NCBI GenBank assembly: GCA_039698055.1
Contig: JBDKTL010000039.1
Coordinates: 1 to 64,000, forward strand
Origin: Methanoregula sp.
Lineage (GTDB): Archaea; Halobacteriota; Methanomicrobia; Methanomicrobiales; Methanospirillaceae
Reading direction: 5' to 3'
DNA: 64,000 nucleotides
Below are positions 63,486 to 64,000 of the stretch, in pieces. Each line of letters opens with the position of its first letter. Within the stretch, counting starts at the first letter, position 1. Position numbers and translations under genes: made by a program. A model generated the notes under the pieces. It searched no databases. It saw only the letters and a program-made list of their open reading frames with translations, and was not told where the DNA came from.

Positions 63486-63890
63486 ATGACCGATGTCCTC
63501 ACTCAGGAACAGCGGAAACTCAACATGTCCCGCATCCGTGGAAAGAATACGGAACCGGAAATAAAACTTCGAAAAATGCTGTGGTCACAGGGTATCCGTG
63601 GCTATCGAATTCATCATAATCTCCCAGGCAAACCCGATATTGTTTTCACTAAAAAGAAAATTGCAATTTTCATCGATGGTTGTTTCTGGCATAAGTGTCC
63701 CATCTGTTTTCAGGAACCGAAAACACGTAAAGAATTCTGGATGAAAAAAATTAATTCCAATGTTGAGCGGGATATAAAAAACAACAGCCAGTTACAGAAA
63801 GATGGCTGGACCGTACTGCGATTCTGGGAACACGAAATCAGGAAAAACCCTAAAGATGTAATTGAAAAAATTTTACTTTCTTTGAAGTAA
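63486..63890 (+). CDS. vsr: Very short patch repair endonuclease
   Basis: MSRIRGKNTEPE, LPGKPDI, DGCFWH and RFWEHE motifs. Confidence 0.95.
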   Translation: MTDVLTQEQRKLNMSRIRGKNTEPEIKLRKMLWSQGIRGYRIHHNLPGKPDIVFTKKKIAIFIDGCFWHKCPICFQEPKTRKEFWMKKINSNVERDIKNNSQLQKDGWTVLRFWEHEIRKNPKDVIEKILLSLK

Positions 63891-63897
63891 TCGAAAT

Positions 63898-64000
63898 TCA
63901 CATCTCATTCAGCATTTTATTGAATTTTTCTGCAATTCCCTCTGCCATAAGAGGTGGAACAGCATTCCCGATCTGTACATATTTCGCTGATCGCGGCCCT
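63898..64000 (-). CDS. DNA (cytosine-5)-methyltransferase, C-terminal end (partial; candidate DrmMII)
   Basis: Translates GPRSAKYVQIGNAVPPLMAEGIAEKFNKMLNEM-stop, which contains C5-MTase motif X. Confidence 0.88.
   Translation of the reverse strand, partial: GPRSAKYVQIGNAVPPLMAEGIAEKFNKMLNEM

Overview
Chromosomal window from a methanogenic archaeon, most likely Methanomicrobiales (Methanoregula-like; inferred from the rRNA, mfnA, dph2 and hpt genes and the gene style). It opens with the 3' part of an rRNA operon (23S, tRNA-Cys, 5S). An accessory region follows (about 8.5-31 kb). It holds a TetR/RND-associated cluster of two B12-binding radical SAM genes (one resembling the Grs/Gms tetraether-lipid-modifying family), an AttH/lipocalin-like gene and an ABC1 kinase. 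It also holds an orphan structured ~240-nt non-coding element, a frameshifted membrane Ser/Thr kinase with an HTH-FHA regulator and two secreted proteins, a KstD-like flavoprotein/SDR pair, and a hybrid sensor kinase. A core block follows (MFS, METTL5-like, dph2, hpt, mfnA, ppsA, serA). After it come toxin-antitoxin (TA) modules, tRNA-Val, a bacterial-type Orn/Lys/Arg decarboxylase with an APC transporter, and a dense array of intact and decayed TA cassettes separated by a GC-rich repeat. The window ends in an AT-rich DISARM-like defence locus (drmA-drmB-drmC, a 1023-aa Zn-ribbon/degenerate helicase-like protein, vsr, and the 3' end of a C5 cytosine methylase). All calls come from motif recognition by eye; no database searches were run.
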